DNA from: Acidobacteriota bacterium
GTDB lineage: Bacteria; Acidobacteriota; UBA890; WLXD01
Direction of reading: 5' to 3'
Length of the DNA: 64,000 nt
Assembly: GCA_963666055.2 (NCBI GenBank)
Contig: CAXWPH010000014.1
Span: 320,001-384,000 of the forward strand
Shown: one piece after another, positions 40,004-49,991 of the stretch
How positions within the stretch are numbered: position 1 is the first letter of the stretch
How the letters are laid out: every line of letters begins with the position of its first letter
The notes under the pieces: model-generated
What the model was told of the DNA's origin: nothing
The model's database searches: none
The model's input: the letters and a program-made list of their open reading frames with translations, nothing else
Position numbers and translations under genes: made by a program

Positions 40004-40923
40004 TCGGCAACGCCCATGTGTCGCTGGCCGTCGCGTTCGTCGCCTCGCTGGTGCTGGGCCCGATAATGTGGACCGTGGCTCGTCGTTATGACTGGATCGA
40101 CACGCCGGAGCCAGGCAGCGCGCATCGCAATCCTACGGCGCTGTTCGGCGGGATCGGCATCTACGGTGCGGTGCTCTCCGGGTTGCTGGCAGCGGGAGGC
40201 CCGGCCACCGATGTGCGTCATGCTGGCCTGTACGTCGGCGCCACCCTGCTGGCCGTTGTCGGTTTGTGGGACGATCGCCGGGCGTTGTCGCCACGACTCA
40301 AGCTGCTGGCGACCCTCATTGCCGCTCTCGTCGTGATCGCTTCCGGGACGCGATGGCCGGCCACCGATCTCTCGGCGCTACAACTGACGCTGACTCTGGT
40401 CTGGCTCGTGTCGATACCACACGCGATCAACCTGCTCGACCATCTCGACGGGGTTGCCGGCGGCATTGCCGCGATCGCCGCCGCTTGTCTGGTAGTGGTG
40501 GCGGCTGGCAACGGCGGCGCCTCGGTGGCAGCAATGGCCGCGGCGTTGGCCGGCGCCTGTGGCGCGTTCCTGGTGTACAACCTGCCGCCGGCCAGGATCT
40601 TTCTGGGTGACGCCGGCAGCCTGCCCATCGGTCTGGTGCTTGCCGCGCTGAGCCTGGAGGCAATACCAGCGACGGCGACCTCACGGGCCGCCCTGCTCTT
40701 TCCACCGTTGGTGCTGCTGGTGGCCATATGCGATACGGCGCTGGTAACGGTGTCGCGCCTGTTGCGCGGCAGCAATCCGATCACCCCCGGCGGCACCGAT
40801 CACAGCGGCCATCGTCTGCGCGCTCGCTTCGGACACCTCGGCGCGCTGGCCATCCTCTACGGCACCGCGGCGGTCGGCGGCTCCCTGGCTGTGTGGCTAG
40901 CAGGCCGTAGCGGCGCCCCATAG
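40000..40923 (+). CDS. MraY/WecA-like polyprenyl-phosphate N-acetylhexosamine-1-phosphate transferase
   Basis: 'GLWDD', 'NLLDHLDG', 'YNLPPARIFLGDAG', 'DHSGHRL'. Confidence 0.9.
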   Translation: MIGNAHVSLAVAFVASLVLGPIMWTVARRYDWIDTPEPGSAHRNPTALFGGIGIYGAVLSGLLAAGGPATDVRHAGLYVGATLLAVVGLWDDRRALSPRLKLLATLIAALVVIASGTRWPATDLSALQLTLTLVWLVSIPHAINLLDHLDGVAGGIAAIAAACLVVVAAGNGGASVAAMAAALAGACGAFLVYNLPPARIFLGDAGSLPIGLVLAALSLEAIPATATSRAALLFPPLVLLVAICDTALVTVSRLLRGSNPITPGGTDHSGHRLRARFGHLGALAILYGTAAVGGSLAVWLAGRSGAP

Positions 40924-41021
40924 CGGGTCACGGGCCGCCGCCAGCGCTCAGGTCGGTCGGAGCACCTTGCCGACCGGAGCGTCTGGAAAACGGCCCGTTG
41001 ACCGACGTCAGGGCAAGCGCC

Positions 41022-41642
41022 CTACTGGTGGTTGGCCTCTACCAGCAACTCGATCTGAACCTCGCCGCCAACAATGGCGGTCTCCGCCCACGAACCCACG
41101 CCCACACCGAAATCGCTGCGATCGATCGTCAGACTGGCCCGAAAGCTGGCAGCTTCGGTGATGCCGCCGAGCATGTCGCGCATCGGAGCGGGAATCGATT
41201 GCACCCCGAGCACCTCGATCGGCACGTCGACCTGGCGGGCGACGCCCTTGATCGTGAGGGTGCCGGTGGCTACCAAGTTAGCGGCGTCGATTCGCTTGAC
41301 CGCGCTGCTGCTGAACGTGATGTATGGGTAGTCGTCGGCTTCGAACCAATCCCCCGAGCGCAGGTGGTTGTCGCGGCGCTCGTTGCCCGTGTTGACCGAG
41401 GCAACGGCAATCGTCGCCTCTACGTGACTGTTGGCTGGATTCTCTGAATCGAACACGAGGTCGATCTCATAGTCGTCGAACGACCCGCTGATCGGTGTGA
41501 AGAAGTGGCGCACCTTGAAACCGACTTCGGTATGGGCACCATCGACATTCCATGTGCGCGCGTCGAGCCCGGCGGCGGCGTGGCCGAACGACGGGGCGGC
41601 GATCAGACCGACCAGAGCGGTGAGGACAAGCAGCTTTCGCAT
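41022..41642 (-). CDS. YceI family polyisoprenoid-binding protein
   Basis: Signal peptide; 'HTEVGFKVRH', 'RDNHLRSGDWF', 'IDRSDFG'. Confidence 0.92.
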   Translation of the reverse strand: MRKLLVLTALVGLIAAPSFGHAAAGLDARTWNVDGAHTEVGFKVRHFFTPISGSFDDYEIDLVFDSENPANSHVEATIAVASVNTGNERRDNHLRSGDWFEADDYPYITFSSSAVKRIDAANLVATGTLTIKGVARQVDVPIEVLGVQSIPAPMRDMLGGITEAASFRASLTIDRSDFGVGVGSWAETAIVGGEVQIELLVEANHQ

Positions 41643-41798
41643 CGTGAACCCTTCCCGGGGAGCTAGAGTGGATGGCGCCTCGCGGCAGACGTTCCTTGGC
41701 GACCGCGAGGGTGAGCGGCGCGGTGCTCGGAGGTTTGTTCGCCGCTGCCCGCAAGCTGGTTACAGCCATTGGGCTCCGGCACCATCAGGAGTGTGGGG

Positions 41799-41871
41799 CA
41801 GATCACGGCGGCGCCGCGAAGCACCTCGACCGTACAGATCACGGCGGCGCCGCGAAGCACCTCGAGCGTAC
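41799..41871. repeat. 36-bp tandem duplication (2 copies)
   Basis: CAGATCACGGCGGCGCCGCGAAGCACCTCGA(C/G)CGTAC at 41799 and 41835. Confidence 0.9.
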
Positions 41872-41881
41872 TAGCGAGCCG

Positions 41882-43978
41882 TCACCACATCTCGCGCAGC
41901 TTCGCGCCCACGTCCGCCACGACCCCTCCGACCGCCGCTGCCTCGCCCTCGTCGCTTTCACCGCCAGGGGCGAGACGCTCGAACCGGTCACGGGCCTGCA
42001 CCGGTAGGAACCGGCTGATCGGCGCGTACACATGTCGGCCGCCGAGGCGGCGCTGATGCGTCACGTAGAAGCGCAACGGGTGGATGAGGTGGAGCTCGCG
42101 TTCTGCCCGCGTCATCGCCACATAGAGCAACCGCCGTTCCTCATCGATCTCCTCGGTCGTGCCGGTCGCCATGTCGGAGGGGATACAGCCATCAACGACG
42201 TTGAGCACGTGCACGCTGTCCCACTCCTGACCCTTGGCAGAGTGGATGGTCGAAAGGATCAGGTAGTCCTCGTCTAGATGCGGCGGCCCAGCATGATCGC
42301 CGCTCGCCTGCGGGGGGTCGATGATGAGCTCGCTGAGGAACCGTTCGCGATTCGGATAACGGCCGGCGATGTGCTCCAGCTGCTCCAGGTCGCCGGCTCG
42401 GACCACCGGCGCCTCATAGAGCGCTTCGAGGTAGGGCTCGTACCAGACACGAGCCCGGCCCACGTCTCCCGGCCACTGCACATCAGCACTGGCCAGCTCG
42501 ATCAGTAGCTCCAGGAGCGCCACAAACTCCTGGCGGGCGGCGGGCGGGACCTGGCATTCGCGCAGCGCCTGCCAGTCGCCGTTAGCCGCGTCGAGGTGCT
42601 CGATCACACGCTGGGCCGTCCCGGGACCGACGCCCGACAGCAGCTGCAACACGCGGAACGCCGCCGGGCTATCACGACAGTTCTGCGCCCAGCGCAGCAG
42701 GGCGAGCAGATCCTTGACGTGGGCCGCCTCGAGGAACTTCAAGCCGCCGTACTTGACGAAAGGGATGTTGCGGCGCGCCAGCTCCACTTCGAGCAGGTCG
42801 CTGTGGTGCGAGGTACGGAACAGCACCGCTTGCCGCCTGAGCAGCACACCTTCCTCGCGCCGCGAGAGGATCGCCTGGACTACGTACTGCGCCTGGGCGT
42901 TGTCATCCTCGACCGCCACCAGGCGCGGCCGCTGGTCGGAGACCTTGGTGGTGAACAAGTCTTTGGTGTAGCGCTCCGTCGCCTGCGCGATCACGACGTT
43001 GGCGGCCTCGAGAATCGGCTGGGTGGAGCGATAGTTCTGCTCCAGGGTGACCACCCTGGCAGGGGGCTCGAAGCAAGCCGGAAAATCGAGGATGTTACGT
43101 ACTGACGCGGCCCGAAATGCGTAAATCGCCTGCGCATCGTCGCCGACCACGGTGATGCCGTCGCCGCCAGGACGCAGCGCCAAGAGGATCCGCGCCTGCA
43201 GGCTATTGGTGTCCTGGTACTCGTCGACCAGCACATGATCGAAAAGCTCTGCAACGTACCCGGCAATCTCCTTTTCGTTCATCATGTGCGCCCAGTACAG
43301 CAGCAGGTCGTCGTAGTCGAGAATGGCGCGCTCCTGCTTGAGCTCGACGTAGGCGCGGAAGAGCTTGCGCAGCGACTCCTCCCACTCCGCGCACCAGGGA
43401 AAGTGTCGTCCGAGGACCTCGTCGAGCGATCGTTCGCTGTTTACCGTCCGCGAGTACACCGACATGCAGGTGCCCTTGCGCGGGAAGCGCTTGGCCCGCT
43501 CCGACATGCCGAGCTGGTTGCGCACCAGGTTGAGTAGGTCCTCCGAGTCCGAGCGGTCCATCACGGTGAACGATTCGGACAGTCCTACCGCCGGACCGAA
43601 ACGGCGCAGCAGGCGGTTGGCGACGGAATGGAACGTCCCGGCCCATTGCAGCGACGTGGCCGTCGCTCGCATCGGACGCCCCGCGGCGTCGGCGCTGCGC
43701 ACCGCAGCGGCGACGATGCGCTCGGCCCGTCGGCGCATCTCCTGCGCCGCCCGACGACTGAAAGTCAACAGCAGCACGCGCCGTGGATCGACCCCCCGAA
43801 CGATGAGCTCGGCAACGCGGTGGGCCAGGGTCAACGTCTTGCCGGAGCCGGCGCCGGCAATAATCAGCAATGGCGGCACGGCACGCAGATCGCCATCCAG
43901 CCCATACAGAACCGCTCGTCGCTGTGCCTCGTTGAGGTTGTCCAGGTGCGACGACGGTGCGCTGTTCCCCTCCTCCAT
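41882..43978 (-). CDS. ATP-dependent DNA helicase, UvrD/Rep/PcrA family
   Basis: AGAGSGKT, VDEYQD, 'QNYRST', 'STIHSAKG', 'EERRLLYVAMTRA'. Confidence 0.95.
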   Translation of the reverse strand: MEEGNSAPSSHLDNLNEAQRRAVLYGLDGDLRAVPPLLIIAGAGSGKTLTLAHRVAELIVRGVDPRRVLLLTFSRRAAQEMRRRAERIVAAAVRSADAAGRPMRATATSLQWAGTFHSVANRLLRRFGPAVGLSESFTVMDRSDSEDLLNLVRNQLGMSERAKRFPRKGTCMSVYSRTVNSERSLDEVLGRHFPWCAEWEESLRKLFRAYVELKQERAILDYDDLLLYWAHMMNEKEIAGYVAELFDHVLVDEYQDTNSLQARILLALRPGGDGITVVGDDAQAIYAFRAASVRNILDFPACFEPPARVVTLEQNYRSTQPILEAANVVIAQATERYTKDLFTTKVSDQRPRLVAVEDDNAQAQYVVQAILSRREEGVLLRRQAVLFRTSHHSDLLEVELARRNIPFVKYGGLKFLEAAHVKDLLALLRWAQNCRDSPAAFRVLQLLSGVGPGTAQRVIEHLDAANGDWQALRECQVPPAARQEFVALLELLIELASADVQWPGDVGRARVWYEPYLEALYEAPVVRAGDLEQLEHIAGRYPNRERFLSELIIDPPQASGDHAGPPHLDEDYLILSTIHSAKGQEWDSVHVLNVVDGCIPSDMATGTTEEIDEERRLLYVAMTRAERELHLIHPLRFYVTHQRRLGGRHVYAPISRFLPVQARDRFERLAPGGESDEGEAAAVGGVVADVGAKLREMW

Positions 43979-44092
43979 CGTGGCATGCTACAACACGCTT
44001 TGGCGACATCGTGGGTCGCTGGTTGCCAACCGACGGGGCGATCGTCGCCCATCATTGCGTGGGCCCGTCGACGGGCTGGAGGCCCGCACCGC

Positions 44093-45268
44093 ATGCCAGA
44101 CAAGCGCGTCGAAGAGGCGACGTACGGAGACGCTGGCCTCTATCTACACATCCCCTTCTGCGCACGCGTTTGTCCCTACTGCGATTTCGCCGTACGCACT
44201 GGCAACGGGCGCCGGCGCGTGCGCTTCGTCGACCACCTGATCGACGAGATAGAGCACTACAGAGAGTGGACCCGGGTGATCGACACGGTCTACGTGGGCG
44301 GCGGCACGCCCTCGTGTATGGATCCCGAACAGCTGGCGAGAGTGCTCGAGTGCGCCAGCGTTCAGCTACCGATACGCGCCGACGCAATGTACACCCTCGA
44401 GGCCAACCCCGAGGACGTCAGCGTCGAATCGGCCGCCGCCTGGCGCCATCTCGGCTTCGACACCATCAACCTGGGAACGCAGTCGTTCGACGACAACGAG
44501 CTCGCCTTCCTGGGCCGCAGCCACACCGCCGCCGACGCGGCCCGCAGTGTCGAGGTGGCCCTCGACGCGGGCTTCGAGTCGGTCTCGCTCGACCTGATCT
44601 TCGGGCTACCCGATCAACGCTCCGATGTCTGGCGCTCCAATCTGCAACGAGCCGTGGCGCTCCGACCAGATCACCTCTCTTGCTATCAACTGACCCTCCA
44701 CAAAGGCACGCCAATGTATCGACGTTGGCGACGCGGCGAGATACAGGAGCTGCCCGACGCGGATCAGGCCGAGCTCTACTTGCTGGCTCACGAGTTTCTC
44801 GCCGACGCCGGCTACCGTGCCTACGAGGTGTCGAACTTCTCGCGCGCGCCGCGCTACGAATCACGTCATAATCGCAAGTATTGGGGCCATGCGCCCTACC
44901 TCGGTCTGGGCCCCTCGGCCCACTCCTTCAGCGGCGCTCGCAGTCGCTGGTGGAACCTGCGCCAGCTCAACGACTGGGAGAGCGTCATCGACAGCGGCAA
45001 CCGCCCGCTCCGCGGATCGGAACGACTGCGCCGCGAAGATCTTGCTCTGGAGGCGGTCATGTTGGGGCTGCGCACGCGCACCGGGCTCGATTGCGATGCC
45101 GTTCAGGAGCGTTGGGGGACCGACGTGTGGACGCCGAACCAGGCAACGTTCGAGCGCTTCGCCACCGAGGGGCTGGTTGTCGTACGTGGCCGTTGCGTGC
45201 ACCCGACGCCCCGCGGCATGGCGATCGCCGACTACCTGGCGCGCGACGTGACGATCCCACCGTCCTGA
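44093..45268 (+). CDS. hemW: Radical SAM heme chaperone HemW (HemN-like)
   Basis: 'LYLHIPFCARVCPYCDF', GGGTPS, 'YEVSNF...HNRKYW' (HNxxYW motif). Confidence 0.88.
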   Translation: MPDKRVEEATYGDAGLYLHIPFCARVCPYCDFAVRTGNGRRRVRFVDHLIDEIEHYREWTRVIDTVYVGGGTPSCMDPEQLARVLECASVQLPIRADAMYTLEANPEDVSVESAAAWRHLGFDTINLGTQSFDDNELAFLGRSHTAADAARSVEVALDAGFESVSLDLIFGLPDQRSDVWRSNLQRAVALRPDHLSCYQLTLHKGTPMYRRWRRGEIQELPDADQAELYLLAHEFLADAGYRAYEVSNFSRAPRYESRHNRKYWGHAPYLGLGPSAHSFSGARSRWWNLRQLNDWESVIDSGNRPLRGSERLRREDLALEAVMLGLRTRTGLDCDAVQERWGTDVWTPNQATFERFATEGLVVVRGRCVHPTPRGMAIADYLARDVTIPPS

Positions 45269-45353
45269 CCGAGCGTTAGCAGGCCGCCTTGCATCCGACC
45301 CCAACTCGCCACAACCAGGCCCGCCACACTTCCACCGCGGCCAGCTAACTACG

Positions 45354-46676
45354 ATGTCCCGCATGCAAACCGGCCTGACCGGCCGCGAGATCGCCACCAC
45401 CTGGTGGCCGCTGGCGCTCAGCTGGCTCTTCATGGCGCTCGAGCTGCCGGTGGTCAGTGCCGCGCTTGCACGCCTGCCGGAGCCAGAAATCCAGCTGGCT
45501 GCCTATGGCGGCGTGGTGATGGCGTTGCTGCTGCTGGTCGAGTCGCCGATCATCATGCTGCTGGCTGCTTCCACGGCGCTGTCGCGCAACGCTGCCAGCT
45601 ACCTCTCGCTGCGCAACTTCATGCATCGGTTGAGCGCCGGGCTCACGCTGCTGCAGCTCGTCCTGGCGACCACGCCCCTCTACGACTTCGTGGTGACGCG
45701 GTTGATCGCCGTCCCCGAAGCGGTGGTCGAACCCGCCCGGGTCGGCCTGTTGATCGCGCTGCCGTGGACCTGGACGATCGCCTACCGCCGGTTCAACCAG
45801 GGAATCCTCATCCGGCACGGTGCCTCTCGCGCCGTTGGTGTGGGCACGCTGCTGCGGCTCGCGGCCAACGTCGTGGTGCTGGGCGCCGGGCTCTGGCTCC
45901 ATGGAGTTGCGCCGCAGCTCATGCCCTCGGGGGTGGCCCTCGGCAGCTGCGCGGTGCTCGCCGGAGTCGTGACCGAGGCAGCGTTCGTCCGCTGGCGGGT
46001 GACACCGATCATTCGGCAGCACTTCGACCTCGACTCCCCGGCCGGGGAGGGCATCGCTCTCGGCGAGCTCCTACGCTTCTACGTGCCGCTGGCGCTGACT
46101 TCGTTGCTGGCGCTGATCATGCAGCCGATCGGCAGCGCCGCCGTGAGCCGCATGCCGCTGCCGCTGCCATCGTTGGCGGCCTGGCCCGTGGTCGTCGGAA
46201 TAGTGTTCGTACTGCGGAGCCCGGGCACGGCGTACAAAGAGGTGGTCGTCGCGTTGTTGGATCGGCCCGACCCCGAACCGGCCCTCCGCCGATTCACCGT
46301 GTCGCTGGTACTGATCAGCTTGGGGCTGTCGCTGTTGGCGTTCACGCCGCTCAGCCACGTGCTCCTGATACGCTTCGCGGCCCTTACACCCGAGCTCGCG
46401 ACGCTGGCCGGCAACGGCCTCAAGATCGCCGTATTGCTTCCCGCCATGGGTGTGCTGCAGAACGCCTACGTCGGTGTGCTGGTGCATCGGCGCAGGACCC
46501 GCCCGATCACCGAATCGATGATCGCGTTCTTGTCGATCTCGATCACCGGTCTCATCCTCGGCGTGCTCCGAGGTGGGGTGCCGGGGATCTACGTCGCCTA
46601 CGCCGCCTTCACCGCCGGGCACGTGGCACAGCTACTGTGGGTACGCCGTGCGGTCCGACACACTGCGGCCGAGTGA
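45354..46676 (+). CDS. MATE/MOP-like multi-pass membrane protein
   Basis: ~12 TMs with internal duplication ('WWPLAL' / 'YVPLAL'). Confidence 0.7.
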   Translation: MSRMQTGLTGREIATTWWPLALSWLFMALELPVVSAALARLPEPEIQLAAYGGVVMALLLLVESPIIMLLAASTALSRNAASYLSLRNFMHRLSAGLTLLQLVLATTPLYDFVVTRLIAVPEAVVEPARVGLLIALPWTWTIAYRRFNQGILIRHGASRAVGVGTLLRLAANVVVLGAGLWLHGVAPQLMPSGVALGSCAVLAGVVTEAAFVRWRVTPIIRQHFDLDSPAGEGIALGELLRFYVPLALTSLLALIMQPIGSAAVSRMPLPLPSLAAWPVVVGIVFVLRSPGTAYKEVVVALLDRPDPEPALRRFTVSLVLISLGLSLLAFTPLSHVLLIRFAALTPELATLAGNGLKIAVLLPAMGVLQNAYVGVLVHRRRTRPITESMIAFLSISITGLILGVLRGGVPGIYVAYAAFTAGHVAQLLWVRRAVRHTAAE

Positions 46677-46726
46677 GCTGGCAGGGCCCGGCGCAGCATC
46701 TCGGCGCGTGACGACACCGGCTGAGC

Positions 46727-48223
46727 CTAGCGGATCACGCCGACCTCGGTCGGGGCCAAGCGCACCCCGCGCGGCTGCGGCGGCTTGCCGCTGGCAACAA
46801 GCTGGTCGTACTCGCGCCCGATGGAGTACGCCGCGAAGAGCCAGCCCAGGACCAGGACCATCACGACCGCCGAGAAGCCACTGATCGTCAGGCCGAGGGT
46901 AGTGCCGGCGAACACGATGCCCCCGGCCAGCACGTCTCCGGCACGCACGCTGAAGGAGTCGGTTACCTGTTTGGCTTTGTACTTCTGCTCGCGCGTCGTC
47001 GGCAGGAAGAGCATGGCGCGCAACGTGTTGTGGAGCGAGTAGTCGGTGGCGTTTTCGAACGTCTTGCTCCAGCGAACGACGGCCAACGTCGGTACCATGG
47101 CGATCAAACCGTAGGCGCCGAGCGAATAGAGCGGCAGCAGAAGCAGACCCCAGCGGAGCCCGAGATACTTGACCACGCGTGAGGTGATGAAGAGCTGGAT
47201 CACCAGGCTCACGGTGTTCATGACGGCGGCGAAACTGGCGTAGTAGCTGCCGAGGTACTCGCCGCCGGTGAGCTCGCCGCCGGCGGCGACGGCCGCCGTC
47301 GCGGCCTCCGAGAAAGTGCGGCCGAGGATGTAGCCGCCGAGCGTGTTGACCAAATTGAGGAACAGGACCAGGACCCCGATGAGCAGCAGATACCGGGTGC
47401 GCCACACGAGCTGGAACGCCGACATCCCGCTACCTGGCTGTTCGTAGTCTTCGATGGCCTCGCCGCGCTCCTTGGCCTCGTACAGCTCACGCTCGCGCTC
47501 GGCGAGCTCCTCCAGCTCTTCGATCGTCTTTGGGGCCTGGAAGGCGCCGGTTGCGGCGATGGTGGCCGTAGTCTTGATGTCGGGCACCCCCGCCTCGCGC
47601 ATACGGCGCTCCCGCGTGTCGACAAAGTTGGTGATTAGCAGCCCAAAGAGCAAGATCACCGCCGCCACGATCATCGGGATGTAGAGGCCGAAGGGCGCGA
47701 TCAGGCCCTCGACGAACATCGCGCCGACCACCCCACCGACCGAGGCGCCAACGGCCACGATCGGGAACAGACGCTCGCCCTCGTCGCGCTTGTAGATATC
47801 GTTGGCGAACGACCAGAACTGCGCCACGATCATCACGTTGAAGATGCTGCCGAAGACGAAGAACGGTATGCCAATACCGACGCCAGCCATGCCTGCAACG
47901 GCGAACGCGACGAGCAATCCGGCGATGATCCAGGTGACGAGGCCGATCAGTCGGCGCCGCGGGAGGCGGTCGGCAAGCCCGCCGTACAAGGGAACGAGCA
48001 GGGCCAGGACGGCAACGTTGGCGACCTGCAGGTAGGTGGCCATCTCCGGGCCCCACTCGGCCGTGACGATGGCGTCCCGCGTCGGCTTGATCATCCAGTA
48101 GGAGCCGAGGATGACGAAGACATTGCTGGCCAGCAGCACGGCGGTGAGCCCCTCGCCGGGGCGGATATCCGTGAACAGCCGCAGGAACCGGTCGAGGGCG
48201 CTGCCCTGCTTACTATCGGCCAA
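46727..48223 (-). CDS. MFS nucleotide transporter-like (Npt1/Npt2, ATP:ADP antiporter family)
   Basis: 'IKPTRDA', 'AQFWSFANDIY', 'DYSL', 'KYKAK..D....R.GD'; GGAGG RBS + TTG. Confidence 0.82.
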   Translation of the reverse strand: MADSKQGSALDRFLRLFTDIRPGEGLTAVLLASNVFVILGSYWMIKPTRDAIVTAEWGPEMATYLQVANVAVLALLVPLYGGLADRLPRRRLIGLVTWIIAGLLVAFAVAGMAGVGIGIPFFVFGSIFNVMIVAQFWSFANDIYKRDEGERLFPIVAVGASVGGVVGAMFVEGLIAPFGLYIPMIVAAVILLFGLLITNFVDTRERRMREAGVPDIKTTATIAATGAFQAPKTIEELEELAERERELYEAKERGEAIEDYEQPGSGMSAFQLVWRTRYLLLIGVLVLFLNLVNTLGGYILGRTFSEAATAAVAAGGELTGGEYLGSYYASFAAVMNTVSLVIQLFITSRVVKYLGLRWGLLLLPLYSLGAYGLIAMVPTLAVVRWSKTFENATDYSLHNTLRAMLFLPTTREQKYKAKQVTDSFSVRAGDVLAGGIVFAGTTLGLTISGFSAVVMVLVLGWLFAAYSIGREYDQLVASGKPPQPRGVRLAPTEVGVIR

Positions 48224-48237
48224 GCGGCCCTCCGGTG

Positions 48238-49119
48238 TCAGCGGCCAAGACGTCGTTGTCGTTGGCTGTAGGCGCGCAGCGCACGATACAGGTCGATGCG
48301 GCGGAATGCCGGCCAGTGCGTGTCGCTGAAGTAGAACTCCGAGTAGGCACTCTGCCACAGCAGGAAACCGCTCAGCCTCACCTCGCCGCTGGTTCGCAGA
48401 ATCAGGTCCGGCTCCGGCTGGCCCGACGTGTATAGGAAACGCTCGATCGACGCATCGTCGAACTCGTTCGCCATCTGCGCGAGATCTCCGCCGCGTTCGG
48501 CCTGCTCGCGTAGGTAGGCGCGGAACGCCTCGGTGATCTCCTGGCGTCCGCCGTAGGCCATCGCTATGTTGAGCTTGAAGCGGTCGTAGTGACGGGTGGC
48601 GTGCTGCACTTCCTCGATCACCGCTTGCAGGCTCTCGGGTAATAGCTCTGTCTTGCCGATGTAACGAATCCGTATCTCGCTCTCGTGAACATCGGGGCTA
48701 TCGATGAGCTCGCGGGTTCGCTCCTCGAACAGGCGTAGCAGATCGGTGACCTCCGACTCGTCGCGGTGGAAATTATCGAGCGAGAAGCTCCAAACGCTGA
48801 CTACCGGTATGCCCAACTCCTGGCACCAGCGCAACACCTCGCGCAGCTTCTCGGCGCCGCGTGCGTGTCCGAACAGCACGTGTCGGCGGCCAAAATTTCG
48901 CGCGAACCGGCGGTTGCCATCCATGATGATGCCGATGTGCCGAGGCAACTTCCAGGTATGCGCTTCGGCCGCTAGACGGCGTTCGTAGAGAGCATAGAAG
49001 GGGAGCTTGATGAGCTGCTTGGCGGCACGCCAGAGCGCCGGTATGGCGCCAACAACCGGCTCAACGAAGGATTCCTGGGGTACCGCGCTCGCTTCCGCGC
49101 GCCGGGTCGGCGATTCCAA
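48238..49119 (-). CDS. uppS: Polyprenyl diphosphate synthase (cis-isoprenyl transferase)
   Basis: 'HIGIIMDGNRR', 'FSLDNFHR', 'YGGRQE', 'RTSGEVRLSGFLLWQ'; start uncertain. Confidence 0.88.
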   Translation of the reverse strand: MESPTRRAEASAVPQESFVEPVVGAIPALWRAAKQLIKLPFYALYERRLAAEAHTWKLPRHIGIIMDGNRRFARNFGRRHVLFGHARGAEKLREVLRWCQELGIPVVSVWSFSLDNFHRDESEVTDLLRLFEERTRELIDSPDVHESEIRIRYIGKTELLPESLQAVIEEVQHATRHYDRFKLNIAMAYGGRQEITEAFRAYLREQAERGGDLAQMANEFDDASIERFLYTSGQPEPDLILRTSGEVRLSGFLLWQSAYSEFYFSDTHWPAFRRIDLYRALRAYSQRQRRLGR

Positions 49120-49229
49120 AGCAGCAACGTCCTGGGAGGGCGTAGTGTTGCTCGAAGCTGGGAGCAAGCAACGCCCGACTGGGTTGCAGCTCGACGGGAT
49201 TGTACCGCAGCTTGGCCATCTGTCGTCGC

Positions 49230-49727
49230 TTACTCGACCGGGTAGTACCAAACCCGCCGGATATGGCCGTCGCGGATCTCGTAGACAGCAAGCGAAGCCT
49301 GCGAGACTTCCTCGCCGCCCTGTATCCAGTACGCGCGCTCGCGTACCGCGACGAAGCGCCCCACGCTGAGGCGCTCCTCGATCTCCGCCCGGGCACCGGG
49401 CACAGACGCAAAGTAGGGCTCCATCGAGCGACGAAACTCGTCGCGGCCACGCAGCTCCACGCGCGTCATGTCCGGATCGACCGCGAACCACGCGAAGTCC
49501 TCCGCGAGGTTGGCCACCATGGCGTTGACGTCGTGGGCATTGAACGCAGCTAGCTGTGCATCGATCACCGCGAACGGATCGACAGGATCAGTGGCCGGCT
49601 CCGCTTGTTGCCGGGCGGCGTCGGGCTCACGTTGCTGCCCCGCTTCCAGCGGCAGGACCGGCCACGCCACAGCTCCCGCCGCTACCAGACTCATCAGCAC
49701 CCCGAGCCGAAGTGCGCGACGCATCAT
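49230..49727 (-). CDS. Secreted SnoaL/NTF2-like protein
   Basis: Signal peptide; 'QLAAFNAHD', 'YEIRDGHIRRVWY'. Confidence 0.85.
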   Translation of the reverse strand: MMRRALRLGVLMSLVAAGAVAWPVLPLEAGQQREPDAARQQAEPATDPVDPFAVIDAQLAAFNAHDVNAMVANLAEDFAWFAVDPDMTRVELRGRDEFRRSMEPYFASVPGARAEIEERLSVGRFVAVRERAYWIQGGEEVSQASLAVYEIRDGHIRRVWYYPVE

Positions 49728-49991
49728 GCCTCCGTGGTGGAAGTAAGCGATGCTGTACCGTAGCGGCCAGCCTTGTAGCAGACATATTTCCTTCTAGGGT
49801 CGCACCACACACCACTGCCTGCTAGTGCGGTCCGTCCGCTTAACGTACCCTGTTGCGACGTCGGTCACGCACTCCGGCGAGGAGGCGCGCACGAAGCGCG
49901 ACGTGCTCCGAACCTCAGGGTGTACCCTCTGGCGCGCCCGCCGACGCGGGCAGCGAGGGATCGTGCGTGTTCCCTACAAGGATCCGAGGCA

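Noticed and set aside
41799-41871. Mini-CRISPR
   Set aside because: Two abutting 36-bp copies with no spacer; simple tandem duplication
44093-45268. HemN coproporphyrinogen dehydrogenase or part of the radical SAM cluster
   Set aside because: HNxxYW motif and length fit housekeeping HemW
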